Assembly: GCA_037379345.1 (NCBI GenBank)
Contig: CM074515.1
Location: 4,216,001-4,280,000 of the forward strand
Direction of reading: 5' to 3'
DNA: 64,000 nucleotides
Origin: Perna viridis
Taxonomy: Eukaryota
Part shown: positions 28,301-38,649 of the stretch, one piece after another
Numbering within the stretch: the first letter of the stretch is position 1
Layout: each line of letters begins with the position of its first letter
The notes under the pieces: generated by a model
Seen by the model: the letters and a program-made list of their open reading frames with translations, nothing else
Told to the model about the DNA's origin: nothing
Database searches by the model: none
Translations under genes and position numbers: made by a program

Positions 28301-31300
28301 TCGTTTTCATTCAAAATGGATAGCCGCAATGATCAATAATATTTTAATTTAATCGCCGGTTTGACTGTTTGAGTGTCGGCTTTGGTTGATTGACGTTTAC
28401 CAAAATTTTGAATTAAAGCAATCAAAAGCAAATGGAACAAATCTGATGAAATGCATTGTAGATGAACATTTTTTCTTAAAAAATCCTAATATAAGTTGAA
28501 GTGGACGATAAGTCGAGGCTGACACTTTGCTGAAAAAATATCGAATTATAGTCCGGAAAATATAGTATCATTATTAGTATTATTTATTCTTTTTCTTACC
28601 AAATGACTTTAAGAATTATCAGAATGTACAACTTACTATGCAAATATTGTCCCATTGTAACCACGGATACAGCAATCAATAATAGGTTTTCCTATCACAT
28701 TAAACAAAGATTCCTGTAATAAATGCAAAAAATCACTGAATTTTTAACATATATTTTTATGTAGTTCTTTAGTAGGCAATTTATGTTTGAAAAAAAAAAT
28801 GAATTTGAAGAAATAAATTCCTGTCAGATAGGGAAAATGTTTCCATTAACTGAACTTTCTAAGATAATTTAGAGGTAAATATGAAAAGAAATAATCTTCA
28901 TCATTATTTTTATAAGAATCTGTATCAATTGGATGTCAGTGGTAATTAAATTGTACTCATCTATACCTGAGTAGAAGTTACATCAGCAACTTGATCAAAT
29001 GTAAACACTTTAGAATTTGAGTCAGGTTTACAGTTCATCACCAACGATGTGTCATCGAGGACCTTTAGAGCCAGAACCTGTCCAATATCTGTATCATAGG
29101 AGTCAGGCGGTCTGATCCGCACAAATACTTTAATGGCATCACCTTCTCTAAAACCAATATAGAATAAATTAAAACATGGTTTTTATTAAATTAAAATAAG
29201 AATGATTTACTTGAAATCAACAAAGTTTACCAATGTGAAGTCAATTTTCTGAAGAGCTGCTCATATCTATTTGAACCTTGTAAAAATATCCTTTTGATTA
29301 ATTCTATGCTATGAGGACTTCCATATTCTCTCATTACCAACATCACAATATAAAATTTCTTGTATTTACACCATTAAGCATACATGTAGACTTGTTTTGT
29401 TTGTTTGTTGGGGTTGAACGTCCGAGCAGCAATATTTCAGCTATATTCAGACGATGAACATGAAATTGATGATAAAATGAACATGAAATGATGATGAAAT
29501 GAAAAAGGGATGGGACACAAGGACAATGGGGGGTCGACAAATTTTGATTGCTACTGGAAATAGAGAGAGGTGGGTAGGGTCGGGCAATATAGCCTCCTGT
29601 GGCGGAGCCCTATGGTTCCTACTCCGGGAGAATACCACAGTAGGGTTCTTTAACGTGTGAGGAACGTGGCATCTTTCCCAACACGGTGCACCACTATGGT
29701 TTGCGGTCAGGTTTTCCATATTATAGCCTGACAACCCTAGCATGTAACACGTCAGGGGTACCCCATTCCACCACCTGGGGCACATCCCAGTTGCTCTGTG
29801 GGCAGAGCGCCCTAGCTCCCGGCTAGGGTTCTGAGCACTATTTAGTCGCCTTTTACGACAAGCTTAGCGCTGCTGCAGGCCTATTCTTTTAACACCCGGA
29901 CCTGCACAGGGTTACATGTATACTTATACATCTACATAACTATTAACTAGAAGCCCTTGTGGGTCTCAATCCATCACTCTGAAATAATAGAAATCTTGAA
30001 CTTGCAGTTCAAAGTCAAATTTTTTTCAGATCATAACAGAATAGGCGAATGTGTACTATCAGTATATGATCAACACAATATTTTTAAAGATGCTTAGAAC
30101 AAAATTTACTCTAGTTAAAATCACATATTATATACCAGTAGATAGCAGTGTTTTAACAAATGTTCCCAGTGTAATAAATTTCGATAATTCAAACTGTGGG
30201 AAAAAAAATCATTCACTCTTGCACTTTCTCCCACCAAAACGTAACAACTTTGATATCATTCTGCCAATCACAGAATTTTAAAATTCATATTGAAAACATT
30301 GATAAATTATGAAGGAAATCTATATAATAAATAGGATAATCAATTGGTTATTCAGTCTTTCCAATTAATTATCATATTATTAATCCACTCAGTAGTTTCA
30401 AAGATGAAGATTTTTTTAAAAGAAAACTACAATAAACAACTTAACGTATACATGACCTTACCCTGCATCTGTTGAAGTATCATGACCTACAAAATACAAA
30501 ATTTGTTATTATTTTATTTCTACAAGGAGTCTGTGTTTATAACATATTCATATGAGACATAGATGACATTAATGCTTAAAATACATTATTACATAGTAAT
30601 AAATACTTTCCTATTCAAATCAATAGAAAATAAAGCATGCAATATATCCCAGTATTTGCACACAAACTTTCATTCGTATCCAGAAAAATTCGGAGACATT
30701 CCAAATACCTTTTTAAATTTATTCCACTGTTGTCATTTGCTAAAAAAATGGCTGAACAGGATATTGACAGGTTGTTACAAAATGCGGAATTTGAAGAAAT
30801 ACCACAAGAGGAGGCAAATAATGCTGTATTAAATGTTGACAGACAAGGAGTCAAAGACTTTCAATTTTACTACAATTTATCAAACATTCATAAATTCATA
30901 TTGCACTAGTTCATATATTTATTATGCATCATATTTGAACTAGTGCAATAAAACACATACAACGTTATAAAATGCATTATATCCAACAAATTAGTATAAT
31001 GTTAACTGAAATATTTATTACTATATAATAAAAGGGTTATTGCATGAATACTGGTGAATATTGTCCCTGGCAGAGCATTACTTCAGCTTGGGACAAGTTC
31101 GTACTGACCACTACCATATGTGTGTCAATGAAGTTTCAACCTTGATTTGTCAGTTATAAATTTTGAACATGATACTTTTGGTCAACTTATATCAAGAGAG
31201 TGGATATTTGATCAAGAAATCATCATGGATTATATTTAAATTATACAGAGCCATTCCATTCACAGATGTACATATTTCTAAGAGATTTTTCTCCTAATGA

Positions 31301-34300
31301 CCTAGAACTGTCTCGTTTGACATCTGACAAACACAGAAATTTTAAAACTACGGTTCATCAATTATTAGAAATGTATGATTGTATCTTGAGCTCCCTAAAG
31401 AAAAGGGAATTCAACTGTTTTACTTTCTGTGATTTCTCAAAAGCTTTTGATAAGGTATGGCACAGAGGACTAATGTACAAAATGAAATCCTATGATATAA
31501 TAAAGTCGGTATTGATGGAAGGTAACTCACCTTGTTTAAAGACTATCTATATGCAAGAAAACAAGAATGCTACACGTAGCCATATGTCCACCCCTCCCCC
31601 CCCCCCCCCAACCCCCGGTTTCTGAGGAGTTGCGTCCACAATGTGTTCCTATTGCAAATAATGTCAAAAATGAACAAAGTCCCATAACTCCAATAAAAAT
31701 TGTCCAATCAAATTAGCAGTTAAGTATGGTAAACTACATATGTGACAAACAATCCTACAAAATTTGGTCCAATTCCGTTCAGACATTTCTGAGGAGTTGC
31801 GTCCACAAGCTTCGGACGGACGAACACCAGCATTTCTATGTCCCCGCTCCGCGTTGCGGCAGGGGACTATAAAGAGTGGTGTTAAATGAATCATCATCCC
31901 TTTGAAATGTTTCAGCGGGAGTCCCCCAAGATTCTGTTATAACGCCTTTACTATTTATTATCTATATTAACGATATTGCTGACAAACTTATTTCCCTATG
32001 CAGATTATTTGCTGATGATACCTTTTTCTTTTAATATTTCTAGTCAAAGCACAAAACACATTAAAAATGTAGTTGATCAAGATTTGACAGAATTGAATAA
32101 CTGGTCTTCTAAATGGATGATGTGTTTCAGTCATGAGAAGACGGAAATAATGTTCTCGAATAACAAAGTTCTAGATTTCAAATTTACAATGAATAATACA
32201 AACATATCTTTGTTCAAAACTCATAAGCATCTTGGTGTCGCTTTTAGTGATGATGCTAAGTGGGGCTGCCATGTTGAAGCAATTATTAACAGTGTCAAAA
32301 AACACCTTAATGTTCTTTGTATACTCAAATTGAAAATTTCCATACATAATCTTGAGAAACTGTATCTTGTTTTTATACGACCCTTATTTGAATATGCATG
32401 TGAAGTTTGGGGTAATTGTGGTACTGGCTATATTAATAAACTGGAAAGCTTACAACTTGAAGCAGCTAGAATTGTTACTGGTCTACCGATATTCACAAGT
32501 AAAGATATTTTGTATAGAGAGGTAGGATGGGAAACCTTGCATGAACAATGAAGAAATCAGCAAATTGCAAATGTTTTATAATATTCAGCATAATAATGCC
32601 CCTGAATATCTTACCAAACTGGCCCCACTTTCCATCCAAAGCACTAGTAAATATCCCTTACGGAACTGTGACAATATCATTGTTCCGTTTTGACCTCAGA
32701 GTTAATCACCCCTTCCACCATTTGCAAATGGAACTAACTTGATTTAACAATTAAACATGCAGATTCAATATCAAAATTTAAAATGGAATTAAAAAACATG
32801 AATTGTAATATTAAAATCAGACCAACCAAAACCTTTTATTTTGGTCAAAGGAAACTGAATATAATTCTGACCCAACTGCGACGTTCTGAGTCATTTCTAA
32901 ATTATGATCTTTCCAGATGCAATATTATTTCTGATCCATCTTGTTTTTGTGGATCAGCAGTGGAAAATGTCTAACACTTTCTCCCCAAGACGAAGTGCCG
33001 ACTTCATTTTGAACAAAGACGAATTTTGATGAATAAAATTAACTGGTTTCCAAAAGGACAGGAAATAGATGTAAGACTACTAATTTGTGGAAGTTTTGAA
33101 CTGTCTGGTGTTGAAAATATTAAGATATTCAAAAATGTCCTTAACTTTATTAAAGGACCTAACAGATTTCTAGTATTTTAAGTGGCAGAGTTATAGTGTT
33201 CTCAATTCCATCGCAATCTTCCTCTTCTTTTTCTTCCTTCATATACATACACTCCCTTTACTTAAACCTTTATCTTTGTTTTATATATTTTTTGCCTACA
33301 TGTACATACTATTATATTGAATTATGTATATTATGATATCATACTCTAACCACCAGTTGTCAGTTGTATCTGGGGAGGACATTGTAAGTGGGATTTCACT
33401 TGTGTCCAATCCTACTGCTTTATTTGCAATAAAATATTACTGTACCATATAATTAGGGGTACAAAAATGTAGTTCCCAAAAAAGGAGGGGTAAACCTCAT
33501 TCAGAACTTGTTTAATCCCTTTAATGGCTTTATGCAGTGATTGGGATTAAAATTAAATGGGATTAAAATGGGACTATAGCCCCCTTACCCTTCAATTCAA
33601 TTTTTGATTTCTATGGGCCATTCTAAAAAAACATGGGACAAAATTTGGAATAGCAGCTAAGGCCATCTAGACATAAATATTGAAGACCAAATGTAGCATA
33701 AACAAACTTTAATTTACAATGCAGATCAAATGTTTGTAAGAGTTAACAATTAACATGTCAATTAATTGTCACACCAAATCACTTCTTTTCTGTTTTTTGA
33801 GTTTTCATACTAATGTATTGTCTAGTGCTTTATCATAGTCCACAGATCCCCATCAGTTAGAACCTAACTTAGCTATCAAAGTAGTTTATCACAAATGATA
33901 GGAAAGAGTCTGTTTTTTGGTTTGGCTGCAATCAGATTTTGGATTTTTTTGGGGTGCTTCAGGTCCTATTTTCAATAGGGGGTTCATTATTGTGTCCAGC
34001 TACGAAGTTAGTTCCTACAACAACTGCAGTTTGATTCTGGTAATTACCATCATTAATATTTTTTTAGGCTTTGAAAAATATAATTTCTTCCGTTTAGGTC
34101 TAGCTTAAAAATGTCTTTGGTGGCATTTTCAAATGGGACGGCCAGTCCATGCTATTCTGACAGGGCTCAAGCTACTGGCGATTCTGGGCGAAATATTCGC
34201 CCCAGAGTCTCTCACTTCGCACACCAAAAGCAAAGTGAAGTCGCCTGATCATTTTCAGACATCACCCATGATCAGGACTGCACACCGTCTTTTAGCGGTA

Positions 34301-35877
34301 TTTTGACCAGAGTTATCTCTATTCAGATAACAATTCAAACAAAAATGGCACCTGTTCGAGAAAATTAATTGTAAAATTATTTTAAATCTATCGAATTATC
34401 TGTTACAAGCAAGTAGTTTAATCAGCTTTTTGTTTCAAACATTTAAGACAGGATATTCTTCACTTCAGCTTACAATAATTCATGTTTCACCATTCACATT
34501 TCATTACAAAACATGCAAATTTGTCATTTGTTCTTTGGACTTAAGCTAAATTTATCTCAATTGATAATTCGGTAGAAAACCCAAAGCATTTCTTTTGACT
34601 TCATGTTTCATAACAAAACAGTTAATTCTCCATTTTGACAGAACATTTCTAAAGCTTGAGAGGAGTCCGTACCGACCGCTACAATATGTGTCAATAAAGT
34701 TTCAGTCTTGATTTGTCAGTAATAAATTTTGAACATGATTATTGATACTCTTGGTTAACTATATCAAGAGAACTATATCAAGAGACTGGATATTTTGAAC
34801 GAGAAATCATTACGGATTAAGTAGGCTCAGGAAAAAAAAAAATGAACAAAATGAAAATTCCAACAGAATGTCACTGCCTGAAATTTTCAATTCCAGTGCT
34901 GCTGAAAAGGATAAAATCATTAGGATAATGCAGTGCAAGAAGCTTTGCTTTGCTCAATCATATATTAATTTTGTTGTAATAAATTTGGTAAGGGGTAGAG
35001 AAGTCACTTCTCCCTGTTTTTCTCAAGTAGCTTGAGCCCTGTTGTGATATTATCAAATTATTTTTATTCTTTAAAACAATGTTTGTTGTTCTTCCAAACA
35101 CACAAGCGATCGAGAATATGTAATCTAGAAAATCGACAAAGTACTGTTTCATTCCCCGTTCTTCGAATCCCCTCGAATATGTGGCGATCAAAACATCCGC
35201 CTGCAGCTATTAAAAAAATTGTTAAAAGACACGTTCATGCCTTTTTTACTGTCACAAGTAGTAGACAACATTCCACCATCAATGATGGAAACTTAATGTG
35301 CGCACATGACACGTCACATTAGTCACTCAATGCTTCATTTTAAGAGGAAATGCGACTATGGTGCACTGTTTATGAATTCAATGTTTGATGCTATTTTCCT
35401 ATTTAGTGGGCAGACATATCAGAAAATAATCATGAACACTGAATACCAAATGGGATTACCTCACCAACCTGCTTCAATGTATCGACACAGAAATGAAAAC
35501 CCACCAGCTATCCCTAACAAATGATATGTAATTGTAATGTTTTAGTTGGGTAGCTTGTGATATGGATAGAATATACCGTTAATAATCTTGAAAAGAAGTG
35601 CCTGTGTGCATGACATTGAAGCCGCGCTATGTACATGAAACAAGTGTATGAAATGTGTATCTGTCTCAGTGTGTCACTGCATGAGTAAACATAACATTCT
35701 TGACTATAAAAAAGAATATATATATAATAATATATTTGACTATATTTTTTTATAATATTCTTGAGTCATAACCATTTCAAAATAGCTTGTTTACTGGCTA
35801 AATGGTTTGCATATTGTGTCTCGTTAGGGTGCAGGCAGGAACAAGCTTAAAAAAAACCTTGATCGTTCACCTGACAT
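1353..35877 (-). CDS. KIF15: Kinesin-like protein KIF15 (kinesin-12), 28 coding exons in window, 3' part runs off the left edge
   Basis: Exons in transcript order: 35871-35877, 30462-30486, 28967-29147, 28637-28713, 25283-25320, 24152-24252, 23044-23220, 19076-19177, 18566-18673, 18265-18390, 17852-17910, 17226-17289, 15201-15321, 14826-14926, 12923-13087, 12040-12229, 11543-11652, 10653-10832, 10060-10254, 9479-9586, 9000-9105, 8051-8181, 7651-7728, 4447-4563, 2854-3021, 2059-2265, 1710-1808, 1353-1400. All GT-AG with consistent phases, 3189 nt. Translation contains [31 protein letters not shown] (P-loop), NRESSRSH (switch I), [13 protein letters not shown] (switch II), [34 protein letters not shown] and [11 protein letters not shown], then coiled coil, matching KIF15 as I recall it. 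The 7-nt first exon (ATGTCAG|GTGAAC) is the least certain. Confidence 0.95.
2648..2890. repeat. Tandem repeat of about 48 bp, 5 copies, derived from a KIF15 exon 3' end plus splice donor
   Basis: Unit aacctacagtattttcagtgagttgtttcagttgagtattgattgttg. The last copy overlaps the real exon end at 2854. Confidence 0.9.
3413..4304 (-). mobile_element. Non-autonomous Helentron/HINE-like element
   Basis: Subterminal inverted repeat gctcacctgg/ccaggtgagc, terminal hairpin gaggctc...gagcct and internal duplicated blocks. Same family as 57352-59730 in the opposite orientation. Confidence 0.65.
4978..7460. repeat. 26-bp minisatellite array (about 95 copies) in a KIF15 intron
   Basis: Unit gacaaaagcctacactaaccatt(g/a)at. 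Rare variants recur at a 1094-bp period. Confidence 0.97.
13158..14690. mobile_element. Degenerate non-autonomous TIR DNA transposon
   Basis: About 20-bp inverted repeat ttataatctgttttacagga (13171) / tccggtaaaacagattataa (14665), with aggc...gcct termini. Confidence 0.5.
15375..15840 (-). mobile_element. Penelope-like element 3' fragment
   Basis: Minus strand encodes decayed [23 protein letters not shown]...[10 protein letters not shown], followed by a stem-loop closed by ATGAGCAAC/GTTGCTCAT. Same family as 39640-41195, 48875-49276 and 60678-60873. Confidence 0.7.
19318..23001. repeat. 27-bp minisatellite array (about 138 copies) in KIF15 intron 7
   Basis: Unit aacaataagagcagacaatggg(t/c)gtat, with 21-bp deletion variants and a higher-order period of 1502 bp. 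Confidence 0.98.
23655..23922. repeat. 33-bp tandem repeat (about 8 copies) followed by a short (CA)n
   Basis: Unit gagcatgccaacaatacctcacacagccttagt. Confidence 0.9.
26960..27430 (+). mobile_element. Decayed 3' fragment of a CR1/L2-type LINE
   Basis: Remnant [11 protein letters not shown]...[18 protein letters not shown], typical of the post-RT region, with frameshifts. Confidence 0.55.
27629..28565 (+). mobile_element. Tc1/mariner-pogo-type MITE
   Basis: TIRs ccatattttccggactataagtc / gaattatagtccggaaaatatag followed by TA. Second copy at 1-879. Confidence 0.75.
29394..29912 (-). mobile_element. Intact SINE-like retroposon with structured 5' head and (CAAA)n tail
   Basis: GC-rich 519-bp insert flanked by a 13-bp TSD with one mismatch (TACATGTAGACTT 29381-29393 / TACATGTATACTT 29913-29925). 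Tail aatatagctgaaatattgctg...caacaaacaaacaaaac. Head contains GCTTGTCGTAAAAGGCGACTAA. Confidence 0.85.
31085..31232 (+). repeat. About 150-bp dispersed direct repeat, second copy at 34653-34819
   Basis: Shared tgtgtcaat(g/a)aagtttca...ttgatttgtcagt...aaattttgaacatgat...gaaatcat...ggatta. Confidence 0.75.
31345..33440 (+). mobile_element. 5'-truncated, frameshifted CR1/L2-type LINE (RT domain to 3' end) in KIF15 intron 1
   Basis: [20 protein letters not shown]..., [38 protein letters not shown] and a C-terminal C-x-C motif. Interrupted by an insertion at about 31559-31873. Confidence 0.85.
31559..31873 (-). mobile_element. Short Helentron/HINE-like insertion nested in the LINE
   Basis: aacaagaatg...gaggagttgcgtccacaa (twice)...gacggacgaac...hairpin ccgc..gcgg...gggactataaa. 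Splits the LINE RT frame. Confidence 0.55.
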
Positions 35878-36215
35878 GGTTAATTCATACGACAAGAAAC
35901 ATTCGATCAACGACGTCCCATATTTTTGTTTCGAAAATGGCGCTATTTGTTTTCGAAGTTTCGCATTTTGATATATTTTTCTAACGCTATACATTTTGCA
36001 GTTGAATTAATTAAAAACATTTTAAAATTAAATTAAACTAGCAGCTTAAAATCACATAGTGTCGATTTACATTTACCGTGAATATTTACGAAACAAAATT
36101 ACAGGGATCTCTATGCTATTTCTAGCTTATTTTACGTCACAATAACGACAGGGGCTTCCCCAGCATCAGCTGCTTATTAGACTAAGAATCACATGTAGTA
36201 CAATGGAAAGGCAAA
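35878..36215. promoter_or_regulatory. Compact bidirectional promoter between KIF15 and the DUF218 gene
   Basis: Only 338 bp between divergent ATGs; CpG-retaining. Two TTCGAA CHR-type hexamers (35930-35935, 35952-35957), YY1-type AAAATGGCG (35934-35942), TTACGTCA CRE/ATF-like site (36132-36139) and kB-consensus GGGGCTTCCC (36151-36160). Confidence 0.6.
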
Positions 36216-37481
36216 ATGCCGAATGAAGAGCATTTCAATTATGCCAGCATTATCTGGAACTACTTAAAAATAAATCACTCATTAGAAAAGGTAGGTTGTA
36301 AATTTCTTCTGCTGTAAAAATTTGGTATTTTTTCGTGTTGGAAAGGCAAAAAGGGGAGGGGTGGTTACGGCTCAGGCCTTGCAAAATTTATATTTACTCC
36401 CAAAATTGATTTTTCTTCATGACACAACTCGTGACGATAGTCGTCAATGTATGTAGAATTATAGACAATACTTAAATATTATAACTATATCAGATTTGTA
36501 CTTTACAGAATGATCTGATTTTGGTTTTGGGGAACCCAGATCTAAGAACAGCAGAATATGCCTCTAGACTGTTTCTGAATGGACTATCAACTTGGCTTAT
36601 GTTTTCCGGAAAAGATGGAAGATTGACCAGAGGTATATAACCGTTTTATTAATTGTCGATATCAGGACTTATTCAGGCATGTAAATGGTATACCCAATTT
36701 AATCAACTTTCAATTGGAGATCCGACAGATCTCCATATAGCACTTTATAATTGACCATGCTTATAGTATTTATATTGGAAAGAATATTTGTTTTTCATAT
36801 CATGATCAAAAGTGTGTTCAAAATTTTGAATTATCACAGTACTTAAATATATCATATATGGCACGAGGCATGCAGTAAGACAACTACCTCATATAACGGT
36901 TTATGTGCATATAATTCTTCTTTAAGAAATACTTGTAGTTAGATGAGTAACATGGCCCAGGACCGGCCCCGTTTTCGGTTTATCTTAAATTATATGGTGT
37001 TTTTTCACTGATAGGGAAGTGGCAAAAGCCAGAGGCACAAGTTTTTAAAGACGTCGCTATCAGCATGGGTGTCATGGAGGAGAAGATACTTCTCGAAGAA
37101 GAGGCAACAAATACAGGAGAAAATATCGTGTTCTCTTATGATGTCTTAAAAGGAAGAGGACTACTCGATTCCATTTCCACTATAACCTTAGTACAAATGC
37201 CATTCATGGAAAGGCGCACATACGCAACATTCCAGAAACAATGGCCCGGTGAAATGAATAGACTAAGTCGAGTGGTCGTAACGTCCCCAAATATTGAACT
37301 GTCGTCGTATCCAAACGCGGATGTTGGTAATATCGACGATATTATAGGGATGATGATTGGTTGTTTAGACCGAATTAAAAACTACCCAAAATTAGGGTAT
37401 CAAATTGAACAGAACATTCCTGAAGAAGTTTTAAATGTTGGGAAAAAGTTATTGCAGTCGGGCATATATGTCAAAAAATAA
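36216..37481 (+). CDS. DUF218/YdcF-family (SanA/ElyC-like superfamily) protein, 221 aa, 3 exons
   Basis: Exons 36216-36290, 36509-36632, 37015-37481 (GT-AG, phases 0 and 1) join into an uninterrupted ORF: MPNEEHFNYASIIWNYLKINHSLEKNDLILVLGNPDLRTAEYASRLFLNGLSTWLMFSGKDGRLTRGKWQKPEAQVFKDVAISMGVMEEKILLEEEATNTGENIVFSY...VQMPFMERRTYATFQKQWP...VVTSP...GYQIEQNIP. The motifs ILVLG, FSG, EA, TNTGEN and MERR-YATF are typical of bacterial YdcF proteins. AATAAA at 37477-37482 overlaps the stop codon. Confidence 0.88.
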
Positions 37482-37495
37482 AATAGTCTTTCATA

Positions 37496-37499
<4 letters not shown>

Positions 37500-37549
<50 letters not shown>
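37500..37549. repeat. (GT)n microsatellite just 3' of the DUF218 gene stop
   Basis: About 25 perfect GT units. Confidence 0.98.
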
Positions 37550-37550
<1 letters not shown>

Positions 37551-38649
37551 TTTCTAATTTTAGTTTATGATTAAAGTTACCTTCAGCTTATTCTTTCGTT
37601 TTTCCTAAAAAAGTTGTATAATTCGAATGAGTTTTAGAACTCTATACCTGTAGCGAAAAAAAAACTGTTCAAGAGAGAAAAAGAGCATAAATTGAATATG
37701 AAGTTCTTAGTCCATGGAAAAAAGGGCGTCGAAGCTGCTTTCAAAATACCAGTTAAATTAAGGATGCTCTTAAATCGTGTCTGAAGAATTGAAATTATGT
37801 GAACAAATTATTTTCGTGTTTTTTATACTCTGTTAATGAAAGTATCATTTGATACCTTCCGTTTTCGTCCATCTATCCGTCCGTCCGTTTACTCCGATTG
37901 TTTCCAGATGATGTTAAAGTAAGAAACAGACCAAAGATTTTTTTTCAAACTTTGCACAACTATTTGTAAAAATACAAAATTCTCACGAAGTAGGACAACC
38001 CAATTTATCATTTTTGAGTTTTGTTGTTTGTCGTTGTCCCGTTTGACACATTCGATTTAACGCAATCCCGATTTCATTTCCCATTTATCATGGTTATGTC
38101 GTCATCAACAGCACGTTTTAGAGCAACTTTTAAAAAGTTTTCTACTTGTGCAATTTCATGCATGATCAATATTGACTGTTAACAAACATTCTTCCCTAAA
38201 ACTAGTTCTTGATATTTTATTTATAACACATATGAATAACTATGACTGAAACGTCTAAGAAACACCTGATCAGTTAAGGATGAAATAAAACAAACGGAAA
38301 CAATTGCATGTGGGTCTTAGTATCTGAATTAATTGCATTCTTTAGATTTCCGCTAGAATCTTGGTTCCTTTAATTACTCATTCATAGGAGATGGATCCTA
38401 TTTTCGTTGAATTCTAAATTTTTCGCTTTTTATACTCCAACAAAAAAGACTTCAACCATTTTACTTTCACCTCTCTATCCTGAAATCCAGACTCCGCCCC
38501 GAAAAGACATCATTATAAAATCTTTTGGAATTTTGATGACAAATATCCTAATTACAAATCTTATCAACCATGCAATTTTGTCGATTAATGATGACAGCAA
38601 TTTTGTTGATCAGATTTAGATGCAAATATTTAAAATATATATATATATA

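Noticed and set aside
29790-29912. SINE head as a canonical HDV-like ribozyme or tRNA
   Set aside because: I could not fit the P1/P2/P3/P1.1 nested double pseudoknot or a cloverleaf with A/B boxes. Kept only as an unclassified structured RNA.
30637-30909. Acidic ORF segment [22 protein letters not shown]
   Set aside because: Short, with no recognisable domain or splice partners. Likely a TE remnant in KIF15 intron 1.
33780-34126. ATG CCA CCA AAG (minus strand) as a KIF15 start or separate gene
   Set aside because: Stop after 8 codons, several further stops, and no suitable donor. Probably a decayed transposon fragment that I cannot classify.
36216-37481. Bacterial contamination as the source of the DUF218 ORF
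   Set aside because: It has two spliceosomal introns, a poly(A) signal, host-like AT content and a flanking microsatellite, and it is contiguous with the KIF15 promoter.
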